Assembly (NCBI GenBank): GCA_965140445.1
Contig: OZ223236.1
Location: 2,080,001 to 2,144,000, forward strand
Origin: Candidatus Ozemobacteraceae bacterium
Lineage (GTDB): Bacteria; Muiribacteriota; Ozemobacteria; Ozemobacterales; Ozemobacteraceae
Direction: 5' to 3'
DNA: 64,000 nt
The notes under the pieces were generated by a model. The model did no database searches. It was given only the letters and a program-made list of their open reading frames with translations, and was not told where the DNA came from. Shown here in pieces: positions 54,160 to 62,761 of the stretch. A program made the translations under genes and the position numbers. Position 1 is the stretch's first letter, and each line of letters begins with the position of its first letter.

Positions 54160-54701
54160 TCTTTTTTAGGACTAGCTTTGGTTTCAATGTTGCCGCTTAC
54201 CTGAAAACCAATTGGGGCGGATTCTTCATATGGCGATTGCAGAAAGATTTTTAGTCGTTCGCTAAGATTTTTAAACGCTACTTTATAAAGGTGATGACAG
54301 AAATCATTTATTCCTTCAGTTGTGTTATAGAACTTTTTGTCTTCATCATCTGCGATATGAAATTGGATTTTATCTGAAACCTTTTTAAAAATAACGATGA
54401 AGGTAAAAAACTTATCTTGCAGGTCTAGATTGTTAACATTGATTGCAAAGCCAATCACTGCTCTGCCATTGTCTGCAAACTCAGTGTCAAAAGCGTCGCC
54501 TCTGATTACCCGACTTTTGAAAACAAAACCTTTTGATGGTTGAAACATAAAAACCTTGCCTTCAGGGCAACCCAGACTTTCAACTATGGCTGTTCTTAGC
54601 TCCTGGACAAAGTCGCGGCATTCTTTTCTGTATTCATTACAAGCTTCCACTCCATCGTCATAAGCATCACAGAGTTTCGCGTAATTGGATTTTCTGGTCA
54701 T
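54156..54701 (-). CDS. Hypothetical protein
   Basis: 181-aa ORF with SD AAGGAG. Confidence 0.75.
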   Translation of the reverse strand: MTRKSNYAKLCDAYDDGVEACNEYRKECRDFVQELRTAIVESLGCPEGKVFMFQPSKGFVFKSRVIRGDAFDTEFADNGRAVIGFAINVNNLDLQDKFFTFIVIFKKVSDKIQFHIADDEDKKFYNTTEGINDFCHHLYKVAFKNLSERLKIFLQSPYEESAPIGFQVSGNIETKASPKKD

Positions 54702-54724
54702 AAGTTCTCCTTATTGATTAGCTT

Positions 54725-55237
54725 CTAGTCGGTTTTGTCATCAACTATTTCAGCATCCTCGATTTTGCCAGGTTCTGAAGGGGTCGATGAATAGTTGTTT
54801 TCAGGTTGATTGGTGTGTTGATTTGGATTCATGGTTTGTCCGGAAAAAGAGAATTTAACATTTCCCGATAAAACCATTGATTTAAAATGGTTAACAAGCA
54901 TTGAAGCTATTGGTTTTCTAATAAATGGGATAATAATCATAAAGCCTAGAAAGTCGGTAATAAAGCCTGGAACACAAAGTAAAACACCGACAATAAGGAG
55001 CATTAGTGCTTCAATGGCCTCGTCTGCTGGAACCACTCCAGATTCAAGGGACTGCCTGATTTTATCCAGGGTTTGCAATCCCTGCTGTTTAACGAAATAG
55101 CCCCCCAAAACACCCGTAATTACGCAACAAGCCATTGTGAAAATCAGGCCTGTGTTTTGGGCAACCCAGAGTAAAATAGTAACTTCACTTACAGAAAAGA
55201 AAATTACTGTTAAGAAAAACTGAAACACACATCCCAT
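54725..55237 (-). CDS. fxsA: FxsA-family membrane protein
   Basis: EVTILL...G...T...ITGVLG...KQQG, GVLLCVPGFITDFLG...IPFIR, C-terminal IEDAE. Confidence 0.9.
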   Translation of the reverse strand: MGCVFQFFLTVIFFSVSEVTILLWVAQNTGLIFTMACCVITGVLGGYFVKQQGLQTLDKIRQSLESGVVPADEAIEALMLLIVGVLLCVPGFITDFLGFMIIIPFIRKPIASMLVNHFKSMVLSGNVKFSFSGQTMNPNQHTNQPENNYSSTPSEPGKIEDAEIVDDKTD

Positions 55238-55359
55238 TATTGCACCCTTAAAGTAAGAACCTCATATGCATTGGAGAAAAATTCTTTTATAAATTTATCC
55301 AATGAATTGTATTAATACCATTCTAGCACACCAACGATTAAATCATAACCCTTAAAAGG

Positions 55360-55387
55360 TTGCCAAGTCTTCTAAATCACGTATAAT
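55360..55387 (+). promoter_or_regulatory. Sigma-70 promoter
   Basis: TTGCCA (55360-55365), 16-nt spacer, TATAAT (55382-55387). Confidence 0.55.
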
Positions 55388-55429
55388 TGACATAATAAAT
55401 TTTAAGAATTGGTTTGTGTAGAGGCTATT

Positions 55430-55939
55430 ATGGTTAGAGCAAAATTCCCAGTAACAAACTGCGAAGAATGTGGCAAACCCTTTTCCAGAATCTCCAGAGA
55501 CATCTGTCCAGATTGTTATGAAAAGGATTTTCAGGATTTTTCAAAAGTTTTGATGTATTTAAAGGACAATCCAGATACGCCAGTTACGAGAATTGCAGAT
55601 ATTCTTAGTATTCCAGAGAAAAAAGTTATTCGCTTTCTTAGATCTGGTCAGCTTAGGAGATATAACGTAACGACAATATATCCATGCAGGATATGTGGAA
55701 TGAAGATAAAAAGAGGTATTATTTGTCTCTGGTGTGCAGATGAAATTGAAAAGCACATTGTTGGTCTTAGAGAGAATATGTGGGGACTTGCTCAGCTTGA
55801 TGGTTCAAATTTGTCCGGTTTGAAAGCCGAAAAAATTGAGGACATTAATCCTGGAAATGACTTATTTTCTCTTAAAAAGTTTCAATCTGGCAAAAAAGGA
55901 CAGAAAAAGCGCAGAAAAGTGGGCTCAGATTTTGGCTAA
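55430..55939 (+). CDS. YvyF/TIGR03826-like zinc-finger HTH protein (second paralogue)
   Basis: SD GAGG. NCEECG...RDICPDC...F.KV..YLKDNP...FLRSGQL...YPCRICG...ICLWC. Confidence 0.75.
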   Translation: MVRAKFPVTNCEECGKPFSRISRDICPDCYEKDFQDFSKVLMYLKDNPDTPVTRIADILSIPEKKVIRFLRSGQLRRYNVTTIYPCRICGMKIKRGIICLWCADEIEKHIVGLRENMWGLAQLDGSNLSGLKAEKIEDINPGNDLFSLKKFQSGKKGQKKRRKVGSDFG

Positions 55940-55957
55940 GAGCCTTATGGGTGCTTT

Positions 55958-56416
55958 TTAATATAGTGCATCCAACTCTGAAGCTAAAAGCGCATATTTA
56001 AAAAGATAATCTGCTTTTTTTTCTTCGTCAGAAGCCGTATCAATTAATAGGGAAAGCTCTTTCATCTCCGCTGTTATTTGCTTTTGTCTCTCCATTGTTG
56101 CAGAGTTATACATTGCTGGTCTGGTTCCTGGTGTGGAGATAGACTCTGAAGATGTCCCCATATTTTTATTAGCTGAAGAATTTTCTTTGCTGGAAATTTT
56201 GCTTGGAGAGATCATTTCGCGAGGAGTGGATTCCTTAAATAGCGCGACGCTTGGGAATTCTTGTGGTTTTTCAGGCTTTGGCAAATCTCCATTAGCATTT
56301 TCGGAGAGAATTTTTCCAACGATCTCTTCGAGAGTCTGGTTATTCTTTTCAGCCATGGCTTTAAGTTTTGTCAGAAGCTCTGAGCTTAAGTTAAATCTTA
56401 CTTCTTTTGTTTCCAT
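55958..56416 (-). CDS. Hypothetical protein with N-terminal ribbon-helix-helix (CopG-like) motif
   Basis: KEVRFNLSSELLTKLKAMAEKNNQTLEEIVGKIL fits the RHH pattern, followed by a disordered linker and a C-terminal helical hairpin. Confidence 0.6.
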   Translation of the reverse strand: METKEVRFNLSSELLTKLKAMAEKNNQTLEEIVGKILSENANGDLPKPEKPQEFPSVALFKESTPREMISPSKISSKENSSANKNMGTSSESISTPGTRPAMYNSATMERQKQITAEMKELSLLIDTASDEEKKADYLFKYALLASELDALY

Positions 56417-56445
56417 AAAAAATCCCCCTGTCTTAGGGGGATTTT
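56417..56445 (-). terminator. Terminator-like hairpin overlapping the SD of the RHH gene
   Basis: The minus strand reads AAAATCCCCCT-aagac-AGGGGGATTTTTT directly followed by ATG. Confidence 0.7.
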
Positions 56446-56478
56446 ATCACAGATTTAGAAATTCAGGTATTTGAAACA

Positions 56479-57441
56479 TTATTTCAAATTTTGTAACTTC
56501 ACTCTAATCTCTTTCATTCTGGCTGCTACGCCTACTGCTTCAAGCTGTTTGCCCGCGGCAAGTAATTCACTGTAGCTCGCGTAAAGCTTCTGATATCTTT
56601 CCTGTAGTGCAGAAAAAGTAGATTCTATTGGTTTGTCTGGAATAAGGTCGCTAACTTCTGAAAAACTTGTTGATGAGGCTTTGGGACCAGAGGAACCATC
56701 TCCACCAGAATTGCTTATACTGACTGGGCCAGTTATTGGACCTGCTGTATTTCCACCGGTTGGGGTTTCGGGAACATCAATTTTTCCCTTTCTGGCGCGC
56801 CACATGTCTACAACTTTTCCCATTACATAATCACCAACTATGGACCCAACAATTCCTCCGATAGGAGGGAGTATCGCTCCGCATAAAAGCGAACCGGCTG
56901 TCCAGCCAATGCTTCCTGCTATTAGTTTTGGCCAATCCAAGCCCTTAAAGACTTCTTTTATGCTGAATTTACCGCTTTTCGCAGAAGCTAACGAATCAGA
57001 TGCCAGACTTCCGCCCAGGTAAGCTGTCAGTATTGGGACAAATTCCTTTAAGAGCCCGCCAACTATTGGGACTTTTGAAAGAATAGGAGTAAAAAAGCAG
57101 CCTGAGGCATATCCTAGCATTCCGCCCGCTGTGCTTGCTATATAGTCTGCTGTAAGCATTGATTTTGCTACAGCTTTAACATCTGGGGATTTCTTTTCGA
57201 TAGCGCAATCAATAAGATGATAGCCCATCTGAATGCCAAATTTTGTCAGGAACCATTCTGGGGAGAATGTTCCCTCAAAACTAGACTTAAACTCCCGCGT
57301 TCCTTGGGAAATCAGTGATTTTCCTGTAGCGCTGGATTGAGACTCAGCAAGACATGGTGATCCAAGCTGTAATACCAGTGATATTACAAGGATCATGGAA
57401 ACTATACTTCTATATAATCGATTGCTTTTCCTATTTATCAT
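56479..57441 (-). CDS. Exported or membrane protein with repeated glycine-zipper-like helices
   Basis: SD GAGG before ATG 57441 and a signal peptide. GxxxG-rich hydrophobic segments (AGGMLGYASG, AGSIGWTAGS, IGGIVGSIVG). Confidence 0.7.
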   Translation of the reverse strand: MINRKSNRLYRSIVSMILVISLVLQLGSPCLAESQSSATGKSLISQGTREFKSSFEGTFSPEWFLTKFGIQMGYHLIDCAIEKKSPDVKAVAKSMLTADYIASTAGGMLGYASGCFFTPILSKVPIVGGLLKEFVPILTAYLGGSLASDSLASAKSGKFSIKEVFKGLDWPKLIAGSIGWTAGSLLCGAILPPIGGIVGSIVGDYVMGKVVDMWRARKGKIDVPETPTGGNTAGPITGPVSISNSGGDGSSGPKASSTSFSEVSDLIPDKPIESTFSALQERYQKLYASYSELLAAGKQLEAVGVAARMKEIRVKLQNLK

Positions 57442-57472
57442 TGTTTCCTCGCGGTTACGCCAGTTTTTTCTA

Positions 57473-57500
57473 ATTATAATAAAAAAAAGAAAACCTGCAA
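57473..57500 (-). promoter_or_regulatory. Possible sigma-70 promoter
   Basis: Minus strand TTGCAG (57500-57495), 16-nt spacer, TATAAT (57478-57473). Confidence 0.45.
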
Positions 57501-57581
57501 TGTACAGGAAATAAAAAAAATCCATTTTGCGTCTACTGCGTTTTCTTTTGTGATAGACTCTTATAGAGGAAGAAGCAATTA

Positions 57582-59018
57582 ATGGATAACAAAAAACGCG
57601 TAAGTATTTTACTTAAAAACAGGATATATGGCTTCTCTTTCCTTATTTACAATTTCAACTTTCTTATTTTTTGGAATTTTGCTTTAGGTTTACTGATACT
57701 TTCTTTGCGAACACTAGGAATTGTAGGAAATGATCATTTTGAATCATTGTGGGTTGGAATTCCAATAGGGCTTTTAATTTCTATTTTCCATATTGGCCGA
57801 AACCCGATTTCTGAAAAGAAATTGATCGCTATTTTAGATAGTTACAATAATGCAGGCGGAGTATTGATTTCTGCAGAAGAAACCGGTGATCAGCAATGGG
57901 AACCCAAATTATGTAAGGAATATAAGATTCCAGGTCTGAAGTTGCATTTAAGTAATCACATTTTCCTTTTATTGTTGTCTTTTTTGTTTTTAATAGCTGG
58001 GCTTCGTATTGATATTCCGTCCCGTTCTGTTATCGGTCCTACAAGTATAGATTTGAGAAATTCTGAACAGAAATCTACCCTCAAAATCGATACCCTTGAG
58101 GAAACCGGATTGATTGAAGAAAAGAGTTCTGAGGAATTAAAAAAAGCGTTGGAGCATATTAAATCTGAATCTGATGGTCTTGATCCTTCCCGAACTTTTG
58201 AATCGTTAGATAACCTTGAAAACAAGATAAGTCGTGAAGCAGAAAAGGGAATTAGTGAACTGCAAAAACATTTAGAGGCATTACAGGGATTAAAAAATCT
58301 TTCTGACAAGCTTCAGAAATCTGCTGAAATTAGCCCGCAGGAGTTAAAAAAAGCTAAAAATGAGATGAAAGAGATGCTTGAAAAGGCTATGGGCAAAGAT
58401 TCCAAGGCAGATAAAGCTCTTAAGCAGCTTTCGGATTCATTAAATTTGGATAACAAAGAACTATCTAAGGCTTCAAAGAACTTACAGGAATACATAAAAA
58501 ATGAAACTCAAAAAATGAAGCAAAATGCTGAGAGACTAATGAAGGCAAAAGTGATAGATAAAGCAACTTTTGAAAAATTGAAAAAAGCAGGAAAAGTTAA
58601 GGAATGGGATGGCAAAACCCCTCTCAAGCAAGGAGAATTTATGTTTGTTGAGGGTGAGAATGGAAAAAATGGTAACAGAGGCTTAACTCCATGCCAGAGT
58701 GGGGGGAATCAAATTGGAAAAGGTGGAGTTTCTCGTGGTCCTGGAACTTCAAAAATTAAACACAACCGGATTTCTTCGGAGCATGGAGTTAAATTTAAAG
58801 ACGAAGCTCTTCCAGCCCCAACTATTAACAGCCTTGATGATTCCGAGGTTGTGGGGATTGGAATGACTGCACCTGATGTTAACAACGAAATTGATGCGAA
58901 TGTATCCTCAACAAACTGGGATATAAAGGCAAGAAATAATGGCAGAACGCACTTGGTTTTGCCCAAGCATAGAGCAATTGTCAGAGATTATTTTAGTCGG
59001 GAAAAAACTGGTAAATAG
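57582..59018 (+). CDS. Membrane protein with coiled coil and Gly-rich C-terminus (MoxR-cluster associated)
   Basis: Three TM helices, a long Lys/Glu coiled coil, GKGGVSRGPG and terminal LPKHRAIVRDYF. Confidence 0.75.
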   Translation: MDNKKRVSILLKNRIYGFSFLIYNFNFLIFWNFALGLLILSLRTLGIVGNDHFESLWVGIPIGLLISIFHIGRNPISEKKLIAILDSYNNAGGVLISAEETGDQQWEPKLCKEYKIPGLKLHLSNHIFLLLLSFLFLIAGLRIDIPSRSVIGPTSIDLRNSEQKSTLKIDTLEETGLIEEKSSEELKKALEHIKSESDGLDPSRTFESLDNLENKISREAEKGISELQKHLEALQGLKNLSDKLQKSAEISPQELKKAKNEMKEMLEKAMGKDSKADKALKQLSDSLNLDNKELSKASKNLQEYIKNETQKMKQNAERLMKAKVIDKATFEKLKKAGKVKEWDGKTPLKQGEFMFVEGENGKNGNRGLTPCQSGGNQIGKGGVSRGPGTSKIKHNRISSEHGVKFKDEALPAPTINSLDDSEVVGIGMTAPDVNNEIDANVSSTNWDIKARNNGRTHLVLPKHRAIVRDYFSREKTGK

Positions 59019-59036
59019 CGACAGGAGTAAAATTTT

Positions 59037-60080
59037 ATGAAGCAGAAAGATTTATTATCGCCAGAAGTGATGGCTGGTGCAGCAAAAATGGCTCAAAATA
59101 TATTAGACGATCTGGATAGAATTCTGGTGGGTCGTTCGGGGCTTCATAGACTTGTTTTAATTGGTATTCTGAGTCGCGGCCATATACTGTTAGAGGGACT
59201 TCCAGGCGTTGGAAAAACCGCTTTGATAAATACGCTCGGAAAGCTTTTAAATCTTGAATTTAAAAGAGTGCAGTTTACACCTGATCTTATGCCAGGAGAT
59301 ATTTTAGGTTCCCATATTTTACAACAAAACGAGTCTGGAAATAGAGAAATGACTTTCCAGCCGGGACCAGTTTTTACTAATATTCTTCTCGCAGATGAGA
59401 TAAACAGGGCTTCTCCAAAAACCCAAAGCGCTTTGCTCGAAGCTATGCAGGAAAGATCAGTAACCTTATTGGGTAACACTAGAATGCTTCCTTCGCCTTT
59501 TTTTGTTCTGGCTTCTCAGAATCCTATTGAATTGGAAGGCACCTATCCGTTACCAGAAGCACAGCTGGATAGATTCCTTTTTAAACTAAATGTTGAAAAC
59601 TCCGGGGTTAAAGCTTTAAAAGAAATTATTTCAACCAGAAGACATGGTGCGCCACCAGAGCCTGAAATTAAAATCTCAAGAGAAGATTTAGATAGCCTCT
59701 ATAAAACAATGGATAAGATTTATTTACCAGGACCTGTAGCTGAGTTCATCGCTAAACTTGTTAACGCAACCGATCCAGGATCGTTGGCAGCAACTCCGCT
59801 GGTAAAAGATTTTGTTCAATATGGAGCTTCTCCTAGAGCAGCCATTGCTGTGGCTGAGGCGGCAAGAGGTGTGGCGCTACTCGCAGGTCGTCCTTCAGTA
59901 GGATTTGAGGATGTAAAAGAGGTTTTTTCAGCTGCACTGGGCCACAGAATTATTTTAAATTACAAGGCAAAATTTGAAGGGGTTAATCAGGAGTCTGTTT
60001 TGAAGCAGATTTGTGAGGGCATAAAGGAAACTGATCTTGATCTGCCTTCCGGATTAACTTTTGATTCAGCAGGGGAATAA
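59037..60080 (+). CDS. moxR: MoxR-family AAA+ ATPase
   Basis: GHILLEGLPGVGKT, RVQFTPDLMPGDI, LADEINRASPKTQSALLEAMQE, QNPIELEGTYPLPEAQLDRF, GASPRA. Confidence 0.95.
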   Translation: MKQKDLLSPEVMAGAAKMAQNILDDLDRILVGRSGLHRLVLIGILSRGHILLEGLPGVGKTALINTLGKLLNLEFKRVQFTPDLMPGDILGSHILQQNESGNREMTFQPGPVFTNILLADEINRASPKTQSALLEAMQERSVTLLGNTRMLPSPFFVLASQNPIELEGTYPLPEAQLDRFLFKLNVENSGVKALKEIISTRRHGAPPEPEIKISREDLDSLYKTMDKIYLPGPVAEFIAKLVNATDPGSLAATPLVKDFVQYGASPRAAIAVAEAARGVALLAGRPSVGFEDVKEVFSAALGHRIILNYKAKFEGVNQESVLKQICEGIKETDLDLPSGLTFDSAGE

Positions 60081-60085
60081 GACCA

Positions 60086-61834
60086 ATGTACAAAAAGTTC
60101 CTGTTGGTATTGGTTTTATCCTTATTCTTTTGCATTGCATTAAATGCAAAGCCTTTTGAAACTGATGGAATCAAAATTTCAGAATTGCCTTCTTTTCAAA
60201 CGAACTCATACTTTGGCTACTCTGAGCAAAGATATTTTGTAAGAAATACTGGCCCATCTGAAAAAGAAATAAAACTTTTTCTCGAGGAAGCTTATAGAGG
60301 AGAGTTGGGCATGGTTTCCCGAAAATTCAAGATTGCCCCTCATGAATCCAAAGTGGTTTCACTTTATTATCCAATTATGGATTTTTCTTCCAATGGGCTT
60401 AAAGTAGAAATAAATGGTATTGCCTATGATAACGACATCACCAAATATATAAGGCATTATCGAAGTAGATATGGGAAGGGTTGCATTCTACTTGATAGTA
60501 AAGTTTCTCGGGCTGAGTTTGAATCAACATTTGGTAATAAAACCAGACACAACTGCCAGCTTTCACAATTTGAGGGAAGCAAAGATGAATTTAGTGATAA
60601 CTGGCTGGCTTACACACCATTTAAGCTTTTGATTTTTTATTCAGATTCTTTTTCTGAACTACCTGAAACGGCCAAATCCGCAATTTTTAAGTATGTAAGA
60701 GCTGGTGGATTTTTAATTTTAATGGGAAATTCGTTTGATTTACCTGACAGCTTTGCTCCTGCAAATAGAAATCCTAAGAAAATGTTTTCAGGTGAAAAAG
60801 GGAATTTCGATCTTAAACTGTATGAATCAGGATTTGGGCGTTGCGGCATAGTAGATGGCAATTTTTTCTCTGTGGCAGACGACAAATCGGCCGAAAAGAT
60901 TTTAGATCTTTCTTCAGATCCATATCCAGAATATCGTGGCTCAGTATCCTTTCCATTGGCATTTTCAGCTGAAGAGCTGAACTTTGTTTCAGTTAAATGG
61001 CTTATGATTGCCATATATGTTTTCGCGATTATTATCGGGCCTGTGAATGTCTATTTGCTTAGCAAGAAAAAGAGAAAGATTTTTGTTTTTGTGACTGTTC
61101 CTATAGCGTCTGTCTGTTGCTGCTTATTTATTCTTAGTTATTATTTCATTTTTGAAAATTCCATTTTAAAAATAAAAAAATGCTCATTTACTCTTTTAGA
61201 TGAAACCAGAAATGAGTCTATTACAGCAGCTTTAAGCTCATTCTTTTCTTCATCTTCAAGGCCGGATGGTCTAAGATTCTCATACAATACAGAAATCCAT
61301 GTTCCTACGGAGAGATATAGGAGAAATAGGGATGATGGCAAGATTATATCTCTGGATGTTGATCAAAAACTAACTTCAGGATGGATAAGACCACGTGTTC
61401 CCCGTTACATTCATTTGCGGAAAATTCAAACCAGACGTGAAAGAGTTGATTTGAGCTTTGAAGATGGAAAACTTTATGCCACAAATGGTTTGGGAGCGAA
61501 AATTACATTTTTTCTGTTCCGTGATAAAAGCGGTAGGTTTTTTGAAGGCCAAAATCTGGCTCCAGGTGCAAGAGTGGCGTTAGAATCAAGTATATACAGA
61601 AGTAGATTTAATAAATCGCCTGCTCAAATTTGGGAAGAAAGCTGGTATTTACAAATTCAATCTTCATTAATCGGCAAACATAGCAAATCAAATCTTGCTG
61701 ATTTTTTGAAAGAAGGAATGTATTTTGCCTCTATTGATGGAAGTCCGTTTTTAAGGAAGCAATTTGACGGTGAGGGGCAAATCGAGGAAGAGTCTTTCGT
61801 GTTAGGTATTAGCAGAAATGGAGGAGAGATATGA
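60086..61834 (+). CDS. Hypothetical membrane protein (exported domain, two TM helices, C-terminal domain)
   Basis: Signal peptide, a glutamine-amidotransferase-like segment AIFKYVRAGG.LIL, and a TM pair (YVFAIIIGPVNVYLL...VTVPIAS). Confidence 0.7.
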   Translation: MYKKFLLVLVLSLFFCIALNAKPFETDGIKISELPSFQTNSYFGYSEQRYFVRNTGPSEKEIKLFLEEAYRGELGMVSRKFKIAPHESKVVSLYYPIMDFSSNGLKVEINGIAYDNDITKYIRHYRSRYGKGCILLDSKVSRAEFESTFGNKTRHNCQLSQFEGSKDEFSDNWLAYTPFKLLIFYSDSFSELPETAKSAIFKYVRAGGFLILMGNSFDLPDSFAPANRNPKKMFSGEKGNFDLKLYESGFGRCGIVDGNFFSVADDKSAEKILDLSSDPYPEYRGSVSFPLAFSAEELNFVSVKWLMIAIYVFAIIIGPVNVYLLSKKKRKIFVFVTVPIASVCCCLFILSYYFIFENSILKIKKCSFTLLDETRNESITAALSSFFSSSSRPDGLRFSYNTEIHVPTERYRRNRDDGKIISLDVDQKLTSGWIRPRVPRYIHLRKIQTRRERVDLSFEDGKLYATNGLGAKITFFLFRDKSGRFFEGQNLAPGARVALESSIYRSRFNKSPAQIWEESWYLQIQSSLIGKHSKSNLADFLKEGMYFASIDGSPFLRKQFDGEGQIEEESFVLGISRNGGEI

Positions 61835-62760
61835 TTCTCCATGTCAAAGGATTAAAAAAGGTTTTCGGTTTGTTAAACGCTGTTGATGATTTGTCATTTA
61901 ATTTAAAAGGCGGCGATATAGTTGGTTTTGTAGGTCCTAATGGAGCGGGGAAAACCACTACTCTAAGAATGATCTCAACTCTGGATGAGCCTACATCTGG
62001 AGATATTTTGATTGAAGATGAATCAATCATCGAGAAACCTGAGCTTGCAAGGAAATTGATTGGATTTGTTCCTGACTCTCTTCCAGTTCATCAGGATATG
62101 AGTGTTCATGAGTATCTGGACTTTTTTGCCAGGGCTTATGCCATTCCTTTGAGACAAAGGAGTGAAATGATTGATGATCTTGAAGAATTTACCGGACTTC
62201 TGGAATATAGAGAGAGGCTTTTAAGCGCTCTTTCCAAAGGAATGAAGCAAAGGGTAAGTATCGCAAGAGCTTTAATCCATGATCCAAAGTTTCTTCTTAT
62301 GGATGAGCCTGCAGCCGGATTAGATCCTCGTGCAAGAATTCAGTTAAGAGAGCTTTTAAAGGAATTGGCAAAGCAGGGCAAGGGCATCCTGATCAGCTCT
62401 CATATTTTGAGTGAGCTTTCCGAGATATGCAATTCAGCTGTTTTTATTGAGCGCGGAAAGTTGCTCAAATTTGGTTCAATGGATGAAATTACTACTCATA
62501 CAACTTCGGTTAGAAAACTTTTGATCAGGCCAATCGGCCAGGCTGAGGAGTTAATAAAATTTTTGCTGATTTATCCAGGAGTTGAAAACGCCTTGCTGAA
62601 CGGGAAAAATATTGAAATTGATTATTCGGGCAAAGATGAAGATGCCACTGATCTTCTTTGTTTGCTGGTTAAAAAAGAGTTTAGAATTGTAGAATTTAGA
62701 TTTAAACAACAAAATCTGGAATCCGTGTTTATGGATATAACCAAAGGCGAGGTTCAGTAA
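61831..62760 (+). CDS. ABC transporter ATP-binding protein (ABC-2 type)
   Basis: Walker A GPNGAGKTT, signature LSKGMKQR, Walker B LLMDEP, SSH motif. Confidence 0.95.
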   Translation: MILHVKGLKKVFGLLNAVDDLSFNLKGGDIVGFVGPNGAGKTTTLRMISTLDEPTSGDILIEDESIIEKPELARKLIGFVPDSLPVHQDMSVHEYLDFFARAYAIPLRQRSEMIDDLEEFTGLLEYRERLLSALSKGMKQRVSIARALIHDPKFLLMDEPAAGLDPRARIQLRELLKELAKQGKGILISSHILSELSEICNSAVFIERGKLLKFGSMDEITTHTTSVRKLLIRPIGQAEELIKFLLIYPGVENALLNGKNIEIDYSGKDEDATDLLCLLVKKEFRIVEFRFKQQNLESVFMDITKGEVQ

Positions 62761-62761
62761 A

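Noticed and set aside
2796..56445. Similar AAAATCCCCC...GGGGGATTTT hairpins at 2796 and 56419 as a REP or MITE family
   Set aside because: Only two copies with different loops, both at gene ends, so ordinary terminators explain them.
594..62030. Numerous 60-140 aa ORFs antisense to or nested within long genes
   Set aside because: They are shadow ORFs with no recognisable motifs, lying opposite or inside well-supported genes.
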